A stretch of 64,000 bases of DNA from an uncultured Anaerolineae bacterium (GTDB lineage: Bacteria; Chloroflexota; Anaerolineae; Aggregatilineales; UBA3940). Position 1 is the first letter of the stretch. Each line of letters opens with the position of its first letter. The stretch lies in assembly GCA_964439625.1 (NCBI GenBank), contig CAYTPI010000020.1:7728-71727 (forward strand), in the 5' to 3' direction. Below are positions 1 through 9,755 of the stretch, piece by piece. The translations under genes and the position numbers were made by a program. The notes beneath the pieces were generated by a model, which was not told the DNA's origin, made no database searches, and saw only the letters and a list, made by a program, of their open reading frames with translations.

Positions 1-2
1 CT

Positions 3-206
3 GATACTGGCTCAACGCAGGCACTGGGTACGCCAACAACAAACGAACTTGATGAAGAAAATATTGTTGAGGATGTCTATACATTTACTCCGGAGGCACA
101 GGGCACATACGTCATTAGTTGCCAGGGTCAGGCAACGACCGCATCCGGCGTTCGACAAGTAAGTGCAACCAGTTCATCGTTCGCTGTTGAAGCCAAGGCA
201 GCCTAA
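3..206 (+). CDS. 3' end of a CDS running in from the left edge; unknown, Thr/Ser-rich and beta-strand-like
   Basis: Frame 3 is open from position 3 (DTGSTQALGTPTTNELDEENIVEDVYTFTPEAQGTYVISCQGQ...AVEAKAA) to TAA at 204-206. Translated by hand; not in the ORF track because it has no start. Confidence 0.55.
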   Translation, partial: DTGSTQALGTPTTNELDEENIVEDVYTFTPEAQGTYVISCQGQATTASGVRQVSATSSSFAVEAKAA

Positions 207-249
207 AACACAAAGATAATTACAATTTGAGGGGAGACACCGTCGGTTG

Positions 250-1203
250 CTACGCGGTGTCTTTTCGATTTCGCGAGACGTGCCGAGCGGCTTCATCCGT
301 TGAGCGCATGTCACTTAGACGTTTCAAGGCTCGCTTTGCAGCATCACGAACGCGGGGGTCTGCATCAGATGCAGCATACATAAACCCAGCTTTAGCTAGT
401 TCATTATTGTAATTCTGAAGCGCAATCACGCAGGCCAGCCGGACATCAACACTTCTATCATCAAGCGCTTCAAGTAGGTACAGCGCACCACGTAAGGCGC
501 GTAGACGCCCAATTGCCTGGGCGGCCTCTGCGCGAACAACATCTGATTCGGTCTCGCGCAACCCATCAATGAGCCAAGGCAAGGTACGTTCGTCACCCGT
601 ACAACCGAGTGCATGCACAATTTTGCGCAACACCACTGCTGATGTTTCAATTTGGAACGCTCTGACGAGTTCGTCAATTGAGGCGGGGTGTGCGATTAGG
701 GCCAAGGCATCGGCTGCAGCAACTCGATCATACATACCTCGCTCCGGCTGCCGCAGCACTGCACATAAAACCGGCAGCGCCTTTTCACTACGAAGACGAC
801 CAAGCGCTGCGATCACAGTTTGCCGTAGTTCAGCGTTGGAGTCATTCACCAAGCGCTCCAATACAGGGACAGTCGTTTCATCCCCTAAAATACTGAGTGA
901 GTCAATAATGCGTACACGCTGATCACGCCCGCCACGCCATGGAGAAACACCCGGCAGGGGTTTATGAGGCTCTACCAAGGCCAAACGAGCTACAAGCGCA
1001 TCTCGATATTGTGCCTTTTGGTCGGCTGGTATGCGTCGGGTCACCCGTCTGAGTTCTTCCAACGAAGTCCACAACCCACGGCTGAGGTAGTCAAGGACGA
1101 TGAGATCAAGACGATGCGAACCGCCTAACTGGGGCTCTGACCCAGTATGTGATTGTGAAGGGTGATGACTACTTAGGCCCGGTTCGTAGCTCAGACTAGA
1201 CAT
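250..1203 (-). CDS. HEAT/PBS-lyase-like repeat protein
   Basis: Repeated helical units (LRQTVIAALGRL, DRVAAADALALI, VLRKIVHALGCT, VRAEAAQAIGRL, VRLACVIALQ, VRDAAKRAL). The ORF extends to 1260; the ATG at 1203 (MSSLSY) is the more likely start. Confidence 0.75.
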   Translation of the reverse strand: MSSLSYEPGLSSHHPSQSHTGSEPQLGGSHRLDLIVLDYLSRGLWTSLEELRRVTRRIPADQKAQYRDALVARLALVEPHKPLPGVSPWRGGRDQRVRIIDSLSILGDETTVPVLERLVNDSNAELRQTVIAALGRLRSEKALPVLCAVLRQPERGMYDRVAAADALALIAHPASIDELVRAFQIETSAVVLRKIVHALGCTGDERTLPWLIDGLRETESDVVRAEAAQAIGRLRALRGALYLLEALDDRSVDVRLACVIALQNYNNELAKAGFMYAASDADPRVRDAAKRALKRLSDMRSTDEAARHVSRNRKDTA

Positions 1204-1301
1204 AGGTGTGCGATTATCAATCATTACTAGCTGCACGTATACTAAGTATAACGCTGACAAGTGAAGCGGAACACCAACATATGCTGCGCTATTATCTGAC
1301 G

Positions 1302-2516
1302 TTACATCAATGCATGTGCAGATACTGCTCGGTAGTCCCTTAAGCGCGTTGTACCTGCCAAAGCAATGGCTGATATTGCTGCCAACGCCATCAGCGGAAT
1401 ACCGTAGGACAATACCTGCTGCACACCAACTACTTCAGCAATATTACCTGCGACGGCTGCGCCAATACCACCTGCGATGAACGTCCAGCCAAGGACAACG
1501 CCAGTAATTAGGCCTGGCTTGGATGGAAAAAGCTCTTGCCCTAACAACAAGGTCAGTGGCAGGGAGGCATTCAACATAAAACCAGAAGCCCCAGCTATCA
1601 CCAGAAGCAGCCCACCGCCTGATGTGTTCCGAAACAGCACCAGAAACAACACTGCGATTGATAACGTCCCAATGATGACGGTGAAACGCCCTACCCGATC
1701 AGCGAGAAAACCAGCCAAAAAAGCACCGAGGGCAGCAAACACAAAAAAGGAGGTCAATAATTGACCGCCAAATTCCACGCCGTAGAGTTGTGGCAGAAAA
1801 ACGTTATAAATTTGAAATGCTGCCTGGCGAAAAAAGATGACGCCAAACAACAAAATAACGGCAGCAACAGGAAGAAATATCGGACGCGGTGTCGTCTGCT
1901 TCGCAACGACTTCCGACACTTCTGAGGAGACATCTTGTGTTTGCTCCGGTTCGTAGCGCACTTTTGCCAGAGTAAGCAACAAGACGGGCATTGAAATGAT
2001 AAGCCCAAACGTAAAGAGCAGTGTCCCGCTCGGGCCAAAGGTTGTCATCACAAGACTGCCAATCAACGGGCCAAGTGCAAAACCACCATTGCCACCAACC
2101 ATAAACACCGACATCGAACTGCTGCGGTCAGCAGGTGTCGTCACCCGTGGAACGCCAGAAGCACCGGGTGGATGGAAGGCACCCGACCCTAAGCCAGAAG
2201 CCGTCATCAGAATGAGGAAGACGAGATAATTATTTGCTAGACCAGAGACCGCTACGAACGATATTTGCCAAAAAATGCCCGCAATAGCTAACCAAGGGGC
2301 ACGGCGGTTATCAGAGAGGAGGCCGAACACCGGCTGACTAAGTGATGCGCTGAGCGAGTAACCTAGTGCTAGAATACCAACCTGCCCTTCTGTGAGTGCT
2401 AAAGGCGTGGTTTGAGCAGCGATCAAAATACTGACCATACCAGAGAATAAATCTGTACTGAAGTGCGCAAATGTCAGCGCAAGTAATTTGGCATTTCTGA
2501 ATGGTGCCATCGCCAC
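1302..2516 (-). CDS. MFS transporter (Fsr/FosR-like)
   Basis: About 12 hydrophobic segments, N-terminal AHFSTD, MFS motif A-like GLLSDNRR and GFLADRVGR, and GAFHPPG. Confidence 0.88.
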   Translation of the reverse strand: MAMAPFRNAKLLALTFAHFSTDLFSGMVSILIAAQTTPLALTEGQVGILALGYSLSASLSQPVFGLLSDNRRAPWLAIAGIFWQISFVAVSGLANNYLVFLILMTASGLGSGAFHPPGASGVPRVTTPADRSSSMSVFMVGGNGGFALGPLIGSLVMTTFGPSGTLLFTFGLIISMPVLLLTLAKVRYEPEQTQDVSSEVSEVVAKQTTPRPIFLPVAAVILLFGVIFFRQAAFQIYNVFLPQLYGVEFGGQLLTSFFVFAALGAFLAGFLADRVGRFTVIIGTLSIAVLFLVLFRNTSGGGLLLVIAGASGFMLNASLPLTLLLGQELFPSKPGLITGVVLGWTFIAGGIGAAVAGNIAEVVGVQQVLSYGIPLMALAAISAIALAGTTRLRDYRAVSAHALM

Positions 2517-2567
2517 TTCCTTGTATATAGTTCAAGACAATGTTGAAGAGTATAGCAAAGCATTTGA

Positions 2568-2951
2568 TTGATATCCGTGACAATATCAAGCGAAAACCAA
2601 GGACAAATCGAGTGGGAGCGGCGTAAAGCACAGATGCGTCATATACTGATTGAGGTTGCCCGCCGTGGTCAAACAATTGCCTACAGCGAGCTTGCAGCAG
2701 AAGTCGGTTACCATCACCGGAACCGGCATTTTATGAAGATGCTGCTTCAAATTTGCCATGAGGAAATTGAACAAAAGCGCGGCAGACTATGCGCGTTAGT
2801 CGTCAGAAAATCAACAAGTATTCCCGGAAGTGGCTACTTTAGCTTTTCTGAAGCAACCGATGGCAGCGTGGCTGAGGCAGAAGAGATGTGGCGCACCGAC
2901 CGCGATTGGGTGCAGAACTACTGGCAAACTCACACAGACCCAGTTGATTGA
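2568..2951 (+). CDS. Small soluble hypothetical protein, possible winged-helix fold
   Basis: 127-aa ORF with the pattern W..RK..MR.IL.EVARRG.TI.YSEL...L..IC.EE....RG.LCALVVRK...PGSGYF; overlaps the convergent GT2 by 22 bp. Confidence 0.62.
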   Translation: MISVTISSENQGQIEWERRKAQMRHILIEVARRGQTIAYSELAAEVGYHHRNRHFMKMLLQICHEEIEQKRGRLCALVVRKSTSIPGSGYFSFSEATDGSVAEAEEMWRTDRDWVQNYWQTHTDPVD

Positions 2952-3706
2952 CCAAGACCAGCAATTAACCGCCACGTCACGAATTCATAGTAGGCCATGA
3001 AGAGACTTAGCCGGAATCCGTGAAACCCATCTCGGTAACCTTTGAGCGTCACAAAACGCCAAATGAACTGCCGAATTGGCAGCGTGATGTAGCGGTGCAG
3101 CCTAGCACGTTCGCCTGCATCATAACGGAGCTGAGCCTCAAATTGAATGTACTTACGCTGCTTGCGATGAAATTGATCAACCGAGGCGTAATTATAGTGA
3201 AGCAGGGGGTGGCTCAAGTAACCTGCTTGACCATCCAACAAAACTTCTTCGTGCACAGGGCGCCTAGGATCATAACGTGCGCTATTGCGGTGAAGTAGCC
3301 TTAATTGATGATCTGGGTACCAACCAGCCCCCAAGGTCAGCTTACCAAAAATGTAGTTGTGGCGGGGTATCCACCAGCCGCGCAGCCTATCGCTCTCGGG
3401 GCTGTCCAGCACTCGGCGTATCTCAATATGGAGCTCGTCAGTCACACGCTCGTCGGCGTCGACAAAAAGTACCCAGCTCGTCTTAACCACTTTCAAAGCA
3501 GCGTCGCGCTGAGCGCCAAAGTTTTGAAAAGGATGTTGGCGCACTTCCGCACCAGCAGCCGCCGCAATGGCACCGGTTTCATCGGTGCTAAATGAATCGA
3601 ACACAAGAATATGGTCGGCCCAAGATATGGAAGCGATGCAATCAGCGATGTGCTGTGCCTCGTTATAAGTCAGAATAATTGCGGTAAGAAGTGGTTGTGT
3701 TGTCAT
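2930..3706 (-). CDS. Glycosyltransferase family 2 (WaaE/KdtX-like beta-glucosyltransferase type)
   Basis: AIILTYNEA, DSFSTD, FVDADE (DxD), WYPDHQLRL, VHE and LLHYNY motifs; ATGA-coupled to the upstream GT2. Confidence 0.9.
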   Translation of the reverse strand: MTTQPLLTAIILTYNEAQHIADCIASISWADHILVFDSFSTDETGAIAAAAGAEVRQHPFQNFGAQRDAALKVVKTSWVLFVDADERVTDELHIEIRRVLDSPESDRLRGWWIPRHNYIFGKLTLGAGWYPDHQLRLLHRNSARYDPRRPVHEEVLLDGQAGYLSHPLLHYNYASVDQFHRKQRKYIQFEAQLRYDAGERARLHRYITLPIRQFIWRFVTLKGYRDGFHGFRLSLFMAYYEFVTWRLIAGLGQSTGSV

Positions 3707-4677
3707 TGCTGAGTTAACTGAATGACCTGCCGGTAAGCAGCGACGATTTCATCCTTACTAGCTTGTTGTTCAACAGAAGTTTCATCAACCCGGCGTATTT
3801 TGTGGCGCATGCCCAGCCGGATAATACGTTGAGCGAACCACAGCTTGGCGGGATGGTAATGCTTCTTAAAAAGTGTTAAGCGTGCCTTCCACAGATTCGT
3901 CACCGAGCGCGGTTTGACCTGCCCGGTACTTTGCCCACCTAAATGAACAATATGGGCTGACGGCACCGTAACAATCCGCCAGCCAGCCGCCCAGATGCGC
4001 ATTGCCCAATCAATTTCTTCGCAATAGAGGTGATAGCGCTCGTCGAAGATACCTGTCTGCAGAAGAACATCTCGGCGCATTAGCCAGACAGCCCCCAACG
4101 GGAAATCTATCTCAAATGGTTTGCTGCCATTGTACAACTCTCGCGAGTAGCGCCCATTGAAACCGCTGTCGATCAATCGATCTGGCAGCACATCTGCGAA
4201 TAAGTCAATGATGAGCTGGGCTAAACCGGGAAACTTGAATCCCGCATGCTGAAAAGAGCCATCGCCAAACGTGAGGTTAGATCCAGCAACACCTGCATTC
4301 GCTTGAAGAAGACCTTCAAAAAGGTTAACAAGCGCATCTTCTGAGACAAGCGTATCCGGGTTGAGCAGCAATACATACTCAGGAAGTTGGTCGGTCTTTA
4401 CATTTGGCTGGTCGAAACCGAGTTTACGTAGTGCGACGTTGTTTCCAGCAGCAAAACCTAGGTTCGCATTAGGTTCCAACACGACAGTTTGCGGAAATGC
4501 TTTTCGAACAGCTTCTACCGTACCATCAGCCGAATCGTTATCAACTATATAAACCGTACTTTGCAATGACAGAGCATTAAGGGCAATATAAAGTGTATTA
4601 AGGCAGTCGAGCGTGAGCTGACGCACGTTCCACGTGACGATAACAACAGCTAGGCGGTCAGTAACGTTGAGCGTAAT
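3703..4677 (-). CDS. Glycosyltransferase family 2 (WbbL/rhamnosyltransferase-like); probable ATT start
   Basis: VDNDSADG, NLGFAAGNN, LLLNPDT, LYCEEIDW and IVHLGGQS motifs. The conserved N-terminal strand LAVVIVTWN lies upstream of the GTG at 4626, and the only plausible start after the in-frame TAG (4692-4690) is ATT at 4677. Confidence 0.88.
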   Translation of the reverse strand: MTLNVTDRLAVVIVTWNVRQLTLDCLNTLYIALNALSLQSTVYIVDNDSADGTVEAVRKAFPQTVVLEPNANLGFAAGNNVALRKLGFDQPNVKTDQLPEYVLLLNPDTLVSEDALVNLFEGLLQANAGVAGSNLTFGDGSFQHAGFKFPGLAQLIIDLFADVLPDRLIDSGFNGRYSRELYNGSKPFEIDFPLGAVWLMRRDVLLQTGIFDERYHLYCEEIDWAMRIWAAGWRIVTVPSAHIVHLGGQSTGQVKPRSVTNLWKARLTLFKKHYHPAKLWFAQRIIRLGMRHKIRRVDETSVEQQASKDEIVAAYRQVIQLTQQ

Positions 4678-4679
4678 CG

Positions 4680-5105
4680 CTATTCTTCCCTAAGTGTATC
4701 AGCGAGTTGTTCCAGCACCTTAACCAGACGCTCTTCAGTTGTTGGCTCGGCTGGCGTTTCTGGCTCAGGCTCTTCTTCGCGTTCCAACGAATTAACACCC
4801 TTTATCAACAGAAAAACCGAAAAAGCAATGATTAGAAAACTGATAACGTTGTTAACAAACAAACCGTAGTTAATAGTCGCTGCACCAGCCTCTTGGGCAG
4901 CAGCGAGCGATTCGTAAGTACCGCCGGACAAGTTGATGTAAAGATTTGCAAAATCAACACCACCAAGCAATAAGCCCACTGGCGGCATAATAATATCGTT
5001 AACCAATGATTGAACAATGGTACCAAACGCCCCACCAATGATGACACCAACTGCCAAATCAACGACATTGCCGCGTTTAATAAATTCTGCAAATTCCTTA
5101 AACAT
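4680..5105 (-). CDS. mscL: Large-conductance mechanosensitive channel
   Basis: [42 protein letters not shown] and [18 protein letters not shown] signature segments. Confidence 0.97.
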   Translation of the reverse strand: MFKEFAEFIKRGNVVDLAVGVIIGGAFGTIVQSLVNDIIMPPVGLLLGGVDFANLYINLSGGTYESLAAAQEAGAATINYGLFVNNVISFLIIAFSVFLLIKGVNSLEREEEPEPETPAEPTTEERLVKVLEQLADTLREE

Positions 5106-5135
5106 TACTTCTATCCTTAGGTGGTGAGTATAAAC

Positions 5136-6095
5136 CTATTCTGCCAGTTCGATTAGATCAACCCCGGCAGACTCAAGTAGAATCTTGAGATCATCGTAAT
5201 CTGTCTCACTAACAACAACCAGATCATCAGCAGCATGGATATCTGCAATGATATCCGTGTTATTACGAAGAAGGTCACGCAGGAGCGCCGACACACCAAG
5301 ATCAAGCCGCGACGAAACGACGATGGCATCGTTCGGCACTGGCGGTAGTATTTCCAACACGCGGATGGCTTCCGGATCGATACTGGTCGTCTCTTGCTCT
5401 GCTCCGACTGCTGTGGCCCCCACGTCGCAGGTAAAGTTAAAGACGCGTTCAATCACTTCTTGATCATCCTCCACAGTGACGACGCTGTTGAGTTGGGTTA
5501 GTGGGTCTAGTTCAGCCTCCCGAATGCGTAATGATGGGACAATCCAACCAGAGATTGATTCCGGATCTGTTCGGCAGAAATCCTGCGCGGCAAACGCTGA
5601 GACCGCAGCGATGCCACGGGCAGTTGCTGTGATTAATTGGCTCTGGGTGAACGGCTCGCCAGCCTCTTCCAGCAAATAGAGCGGCTCGCCGCATCCGCGC
5701 TCAACAGCAGCAATTGCTGTGATGGCATCCATCGTCACGACATCGACTTCACCTGCACAAAGATCAACCAGCGTTCCAGCTGAGGCTTCAACTGCCTCAA
5801 CAGAGAAAATCAACGTCGGTTCGGTCTCATTAAAATTTCCGACTAGAGTGTCAGCACGGGCACTACTCCCGGATGCTTCGGTCACGAAACGCAGAGTCAG
5901 TGGGTTCTCTTCGCTGCCGGGTGGCGGTGCCGTCGGCAGGGGTGGCAGCGGGGTAGCATTCGGAATGCGGGTTGGGATCACAACACCTTGGCTAACGTCT
6001 TCAGCAACTCGTGACCCACCTGCACAGGCTAGGGCAGTAGCCCCTAATAGACAGACGACCCAAACAAAAGGCCGATATGTTTGAAATTGCAGCAT
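5136..6095 (-). CDS. PhnD/phosphate-phosphonate-type substrate-binding lipoprotein
   Basis: Lipobox ALAC, Pro/Thr linker, ENPLTLRF, S.SGWIVP, CDVGAT and VPNDAIVV motifs typical of PhnD-family binding proteins. Confidence 0.72.
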   Translation of the reverse strand: MLQFQTYRPFVWVVCLLGATALACAGGSRVAEDVSQGVVIPTRIPNATPLPPLPTAPPPGSEENPLTLRFVTEASGSSARADTLVGNFNETEPTLIFSVEAVEASAGTLVDLCAGEVDVVTMDAITAIAAVERGCGEPLYLLEEAGEPFTQSQLITATARGIAAVSAFAAQDFCRTDPESISGWIVPSLRIREAELDPLTQLNSVVTVEDDQEVIERVFNFTCDVGATAVGAEQETTSIDPEAIRVLEILPPVPNDAIVVSSRLDLGVSALLRDLLRNNTDIIADIHAADDLVVVSETDYDDLKILLESAGVDLIELAE

Positions 6096-6163
6096 TATTG
6101 AGTCACCTGTCGGTTAGATATGGCTTGAAGTAGACACATGTTACTGACCTGCTAATAAGTTCG

Positions 6164-7459
6164 CTAATCCTCAGCAGGGACGATCTCGATTGATTTCGGA
6201 TCGACGCGGTTGTTGAGTGGTGCGATACCCACATCCTCGTGGATTAACCCAGCCCAAAATTCCTGCGGATTGCGCGACTCAACAATCTCAGTAAGGCGAA
6301 TACCCCCTGTAATAACAGCACGCTCTCCGGGCATTAAATAGAGTTGCCGGTTGCCACGGGCGTCCTCAATGACGGTCAGCGAACTTTCGTCGCCCAAAGC
6401 CCAACGCCATGGATAATCCGTCAGGCACGTTTGGCAGTGGATACCCACACGCCATGCGCCGGACTGTTCAAAGTAGCCCGTACTTGAGAAGAGGTCGGTT
6501 TGGTCGTAGATAAAGCCTGGTTCAGGGCCTGTGGTGCGGATAGGCGAGTCGCCATAGTTTTCTACCGTAATCTCGAACATCAGAACATCACCCTGAATAA
6601 TTGTCTCCGATGAAACGCGCAGCGTATCCCCACCCGGCTGCCCAACAATCTCAGCGAGGGGAATACCGCCGCGTTCGATTGTCAAGGCTGCGGTGCGTTC
6701 AACACGCTGACCCTCGTCATCGACGGCGGTCGCCACAACCATGTAACTGCCATCGGGTGGTGGGTTCGAGCCATTATCAATGCCGCCATCGTACTCAAAG
6801 CTATGACGCCCTGCCTCACCCGGTAAACGACGATCTTGAAATTCAGGAATATAGATGCGATTGTTGTTCTCATCGACTAGGTAAACCGTTAATTCAGCAG
6901 GTTTCGGCACAAATACGTTGATTTCAACACGGTCGTCAATGCCATCCTGGTTAGGTGTAAAGACATCAGGCGAAACGGTGAACTCAAACAAGTCAGGTAA
7001 TTCAGAGTCACCACCGTCAATCACAAGTCTGCCCTCACGCGTAAATGTTTCTCCGGTGGCTGTATCCGTCGCCTCTACCCCCCAAAGGTAATCACCGTCA
7101 GGCAATAAGCGTGCTGTAGGGACGCCGCCAACAACTTCACTAGGCAGAACAAAGCCATCTACAATCCCGCTAAACAGAACACTGTAATCACCTTTAGGAC
7201 GTATTTCTTCTTCGCGGAAGTAGTGACGCTGACCAGCTTGATCCTCAAAATAGATCGATACCAATGCTTCGCGACGGAGTTCATAATCAATCCGAGTGAC
7301 ATCAGCATCACGGTCGGCATTGGGAGAGATTTCATCGAGTGACAGACTTGCATTGATAATCACATCCCCACGCGGTTGGCTAACACCAAACACCACGGCG
7401 ATAACGGCTACCACAATAGAGACAGCAATGATTCCGATTAGGGGCCGATAAAGCTGCAA
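6164..7459 (-). CDS. Membrane-anchored/secreted protein with two FlgD-Ig-like domains and a C-terminal beta-sandwich
   Basis: N-terminal hydrophobic helix; two repeats starting ISPNADRDAD and FTPNQDGIDD, each followed by (L/P)PDG.Y. TTG start with an upstream AAGGA. Confidence 0.68.
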   Translation of the reverse strand: MQLYRPLIGIIAVSIVVAVIAVVFGVSQPRGDVIINASLSLDEISPNADRDADVTRIDYELRREALVSIYFEDQAGQRHYFREEEIRPKGDYSVLFSGIVDGFVLPSEVVGGVPTARLLPDGDYLWGVEATDTATGETFTREGRLVIDGGDSELPDLFEFTVSPDVFTPNQDGIDDRVEINVFVPKPAELTVYLVDENNNRIYIPEFQDRRLPGEAGRHSFEYDGGIDNGSNPPPDGSYMVVATAVDDEGQRVERTAALTIERGGIPLAEIVGQPGGDTLRVSSETIIQGDVLMFEITVENYGDSPIRTTGPEPGFIYDQTDLFSSTGYFEQSGAWRVGIHCQTCLTDYPWRWALGDESSLTVIEDARGNRQLYLMPGERAVITGGIRLTEIVESRNPQEFWAGLIHEDVGIAPLNNRVDPKSIEIVPAED

Positions 7460-7527
7460 AACCTGTGTCCTTACGTTCGAGTAAAACGGCTGTCAGTCTA
7501 GCAGAGAGGCTAGCACGTGGCAAAACA

Positions 7528-9432
7528 TCAGCGTACTGTGACGGTTCCAAAAGGCGCGCAATCACCTTCGCCATCAAAAGTAACCCGTTCTTGCGAGTCT
7601 GCGTTATAAAGACCGGCACACAGTAGATAATCACCGGGGTCGGCTGGTAACATGAACACCCGTCTATCAATGATAATTTCGTCTGGCTCCCAAGTGAATG
7701 TGGGCCGCAAGCCATTTGCAGGCAAGCCGTCACTCTGAGCGACGGGTACTTGCTCATCCGTTGCTAACAAGTGGACAAATGCAATCAGGTTACGTTCAAT
7801 TGGTGTCGATGTTTTCCACTCCAGATGCAGTTGCAGGAGCGTTGCCCCAGGCTCTGGCTCTTCAACAAGTGGGGCGCACAACGAGATACTATCATCATCG
7901 AATGTATAGCAATCACGTTCAGTTGGCTCTGGCGCTGCTGGCAGGAAAGGCGTTAGTTGATTTTCACCGAACCACTCTGACCCAGCTGTGGCAGCATTCT
8001 CTAGCAACCAAACGCCAACGTCATTAGATGGTGTCTCAGCAGCAATTTGGTAAGTTAACAGCCAGGTTTGGTCATGCGTCGTCAGAATTGAGTCGATTTG
8101 TGCGCCAAATTGGTCAGAGTCAAAGAAACTCGGATAATACGTTGGCCTATTGGAAGTTGGTGACAAATAGGCTTCTACCATCCCAGGCTGCCATGAGTAA
8201 CTGTAAATTAATGCATCATCAGGCCCCAAATGCTCCTCTAAATGAGCAACTGCCTCTCGAAGATCAAGTTGTGGGTTTGGCAAACCATAAACACCTGCCA
8301 ACCCGGCTACGAATAGCGTGGCGATACCAATCGAGAAAGCTGCTTGGGCGTATCGATAAGCCGGTTGTGTATCCCGCGTGAGCATCAAGACGGCGGCAAT
8401 AAATAGTCCGGGCGAAAGATAAAGGATAAAGCGTGGGAAAAAGAAGGGCATAAATCGTTGGACAGCAAACCCCAAGACCAATGGCCAAAACAACCAAGCG
8501 CCCAGCACCCAGCGAACGCCTTTCTTTTGAACCATACTGACGCCCATGAAACTGACGAGCAAAAAGGCAGAGCCAATAGCAAGATCAACAGTGGGCCCAG
8601 CAATTAATTCTGTGAGCATGTCGTCAAGGAATGCAGTCAAGGGTTGACCGGTGTGCCCTTCAGCTTCAATCGCAGATTGCGTTCCAGCCAGGGCACGGTC
8701 AGCAGTAGCGAGCACCCATGGCATCCACGCGCCGACGGCGGCAAGCTGCGCCCCCACCCAAAACAAAGCAGCGGCAGGTATAGCTGCGGCCTCTGGGCGT
8801 TTATGTTGATAATTGATAAGCCAACCGAGCATCCAAAAATTAATGGTAACCAACATCAGGATACTTAAATAATGGGAGCCAAAAGCAATCAAAGCGGGCA
8901 ACCAAATAGCCAATATCACTGCTGCGCGCTGTCGCCCCGTCTGCGGTAATCGAGACTGTGTTTTGCCCAGTGGAAATAGACGCAGCCACAATAATGCCAG
9001 TATCAATAAACAAAACTGTACAAGGGTGTAGGCTTTTGCCTCCCGACTGAAAAACACCTGTACGGGTGCAAAGGCCATCATTAATGATGCCGCGGTGGCA
9101 ACACGAGGACGAAACTGCAGCGCACGTACGATGGCGTAGACTGTTACAACACTTAAGACGCCGAATATCACGCTGACGTAGCGCGCAGCAAAAGCCGTCA
9201 CACCAAAAAAATGCATCAGCATCCCAAGTAATGCCCGGTAGGCTGGCGGGTTGGTGTCGTCGAAGAGACGTGTGACTGCTGCTAAGTCACTAAGCGGAAT
9301 AATACCAAACGTAATACTAACCCCTTCATCAAACCAAAGAGCAAGGGCATCAAGCTGCCACAGTCTCAATTGGTAAGCTGCAACGGTGACGAGGATGAAG
9401 AGCGGCAAAGTTTTATAGTAGCGTCCACGCAT
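7528..9432 (-). CDS. GT39/PMT-ArnT-like GT-C glycosyltransferase with C-terminal extracytoplasmic domain
   Basis: LWFDEG acidic motif after TM1, DTNPPAY, SREAKAY, many TMs, and C-terminal L.W....FVHL...AQSDG.P....TW.PDEII.D domain. Confidence 0.82.
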   Translation of the reverse strand: MRGRYYKTLPLFILVTVAAYQLRLWQLDALALWFDEGVSITFGIIPLSDLAAVTRLFDDTNPPAYRALLGMLMHFFGVTAFAARYVSVIFGVLSVVTVYAIVRALQFRPRVATAASLMMAFAPVQVFFSREAKAYTLVQFCLLILALLWLRLFPLGKTQSRLPQTGRQRAAVILAIWLPALIAFGSHYLSILMLVTINFWMLGWLINYQHKRPEAAAIPAAALFWVGAQLAAVGAWMPWVLATADRALAGTQSAIEAEGHTGQPLTAFLDDMLTELIAGPTVDLAIGSAFLLVSFMGVSMVQKKGVRWVLGAWLFWPLVLGFAVQRFMPFFFPRFILYLSPGLFIAAVLMLTRDTQPAYRYAQAAFSIGIATLFVAGLAGVYGLPNPQLDLREAVAHLEEHLGPDDALIYSYSWQPGMVEAYLSPTSNRPTYYPSFFDSDQFGAQIDSILTTHDQTWLLTYQIAAETPSNDVGVWLLENAATAGSEWFGENQLTPFLPAAPEPTERDCYTFDDDSISLCAPLVEEPEPGATLLQLHLEWKTSTPIERNLIAFVHLLATDEQVPVAQSDGLPANGLRPTFTWEPDEIIIDRRVFMLPADPGDYLLCAGLYNADSQERVTFDGEGDCAPFGTVTVR

Positions 9433-9509
9433 GCTGCGAGTATAGCTTGCATGCGTCGGCTGTCACAATCATCTAAGTGCACTAAGGCAATCGTCGTAAA
9501 ATTTGGTTA

Positions 9510-9529
9510 CCCGTGGCTTCGGCCACGGG
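9510..9529. repeat. Perfect GC-rich hairpin with cUUCGg loop (REP-like)
   Basis: CCCGTGGC-TTCG-GCCACGGG, an 8-bp perfect stem in the divergent intergenic region. Confidence 0.6.
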
Positions 9530-9613
9530 CTAGCAGTAAGAACGAGCGCCGTATTAGAACAAAATAATCGCGTCGGAAGCTCAGGCAAACGTTTGAGACG
9601 CCTCAGTAATAAG

Positions 9614-9641
9614 TATGGGCGGAGATTAATGCCCGACCATA
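9614..9641. repeat. Imperfect palindrome (REP-like)
   Basis: TATGGGCGGAGATTAATGCCCGACCATA; the arms pair imperfectly around a central ATTAAT. Confidence 0.4.
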
Positions 9642-9755
9642 GAAGCGTTTGATACGATTGCCCTGCTCTCGTGCACTAAATGACCTTGCAATTCCCTAAG
9701 GGATACAGCATGATTGTGGAGTCGAAATTCACAACGTTACAAACATGGAGCATGC

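Noticed and set aside
9433-9755. T-box or attenuator leader for the tyrA fusion
   Set aside because: No T-box consensus (GGTGG.ACCGCG-like), no Tyr/Phe-rich leader peptide and no U-tract terminator seen.
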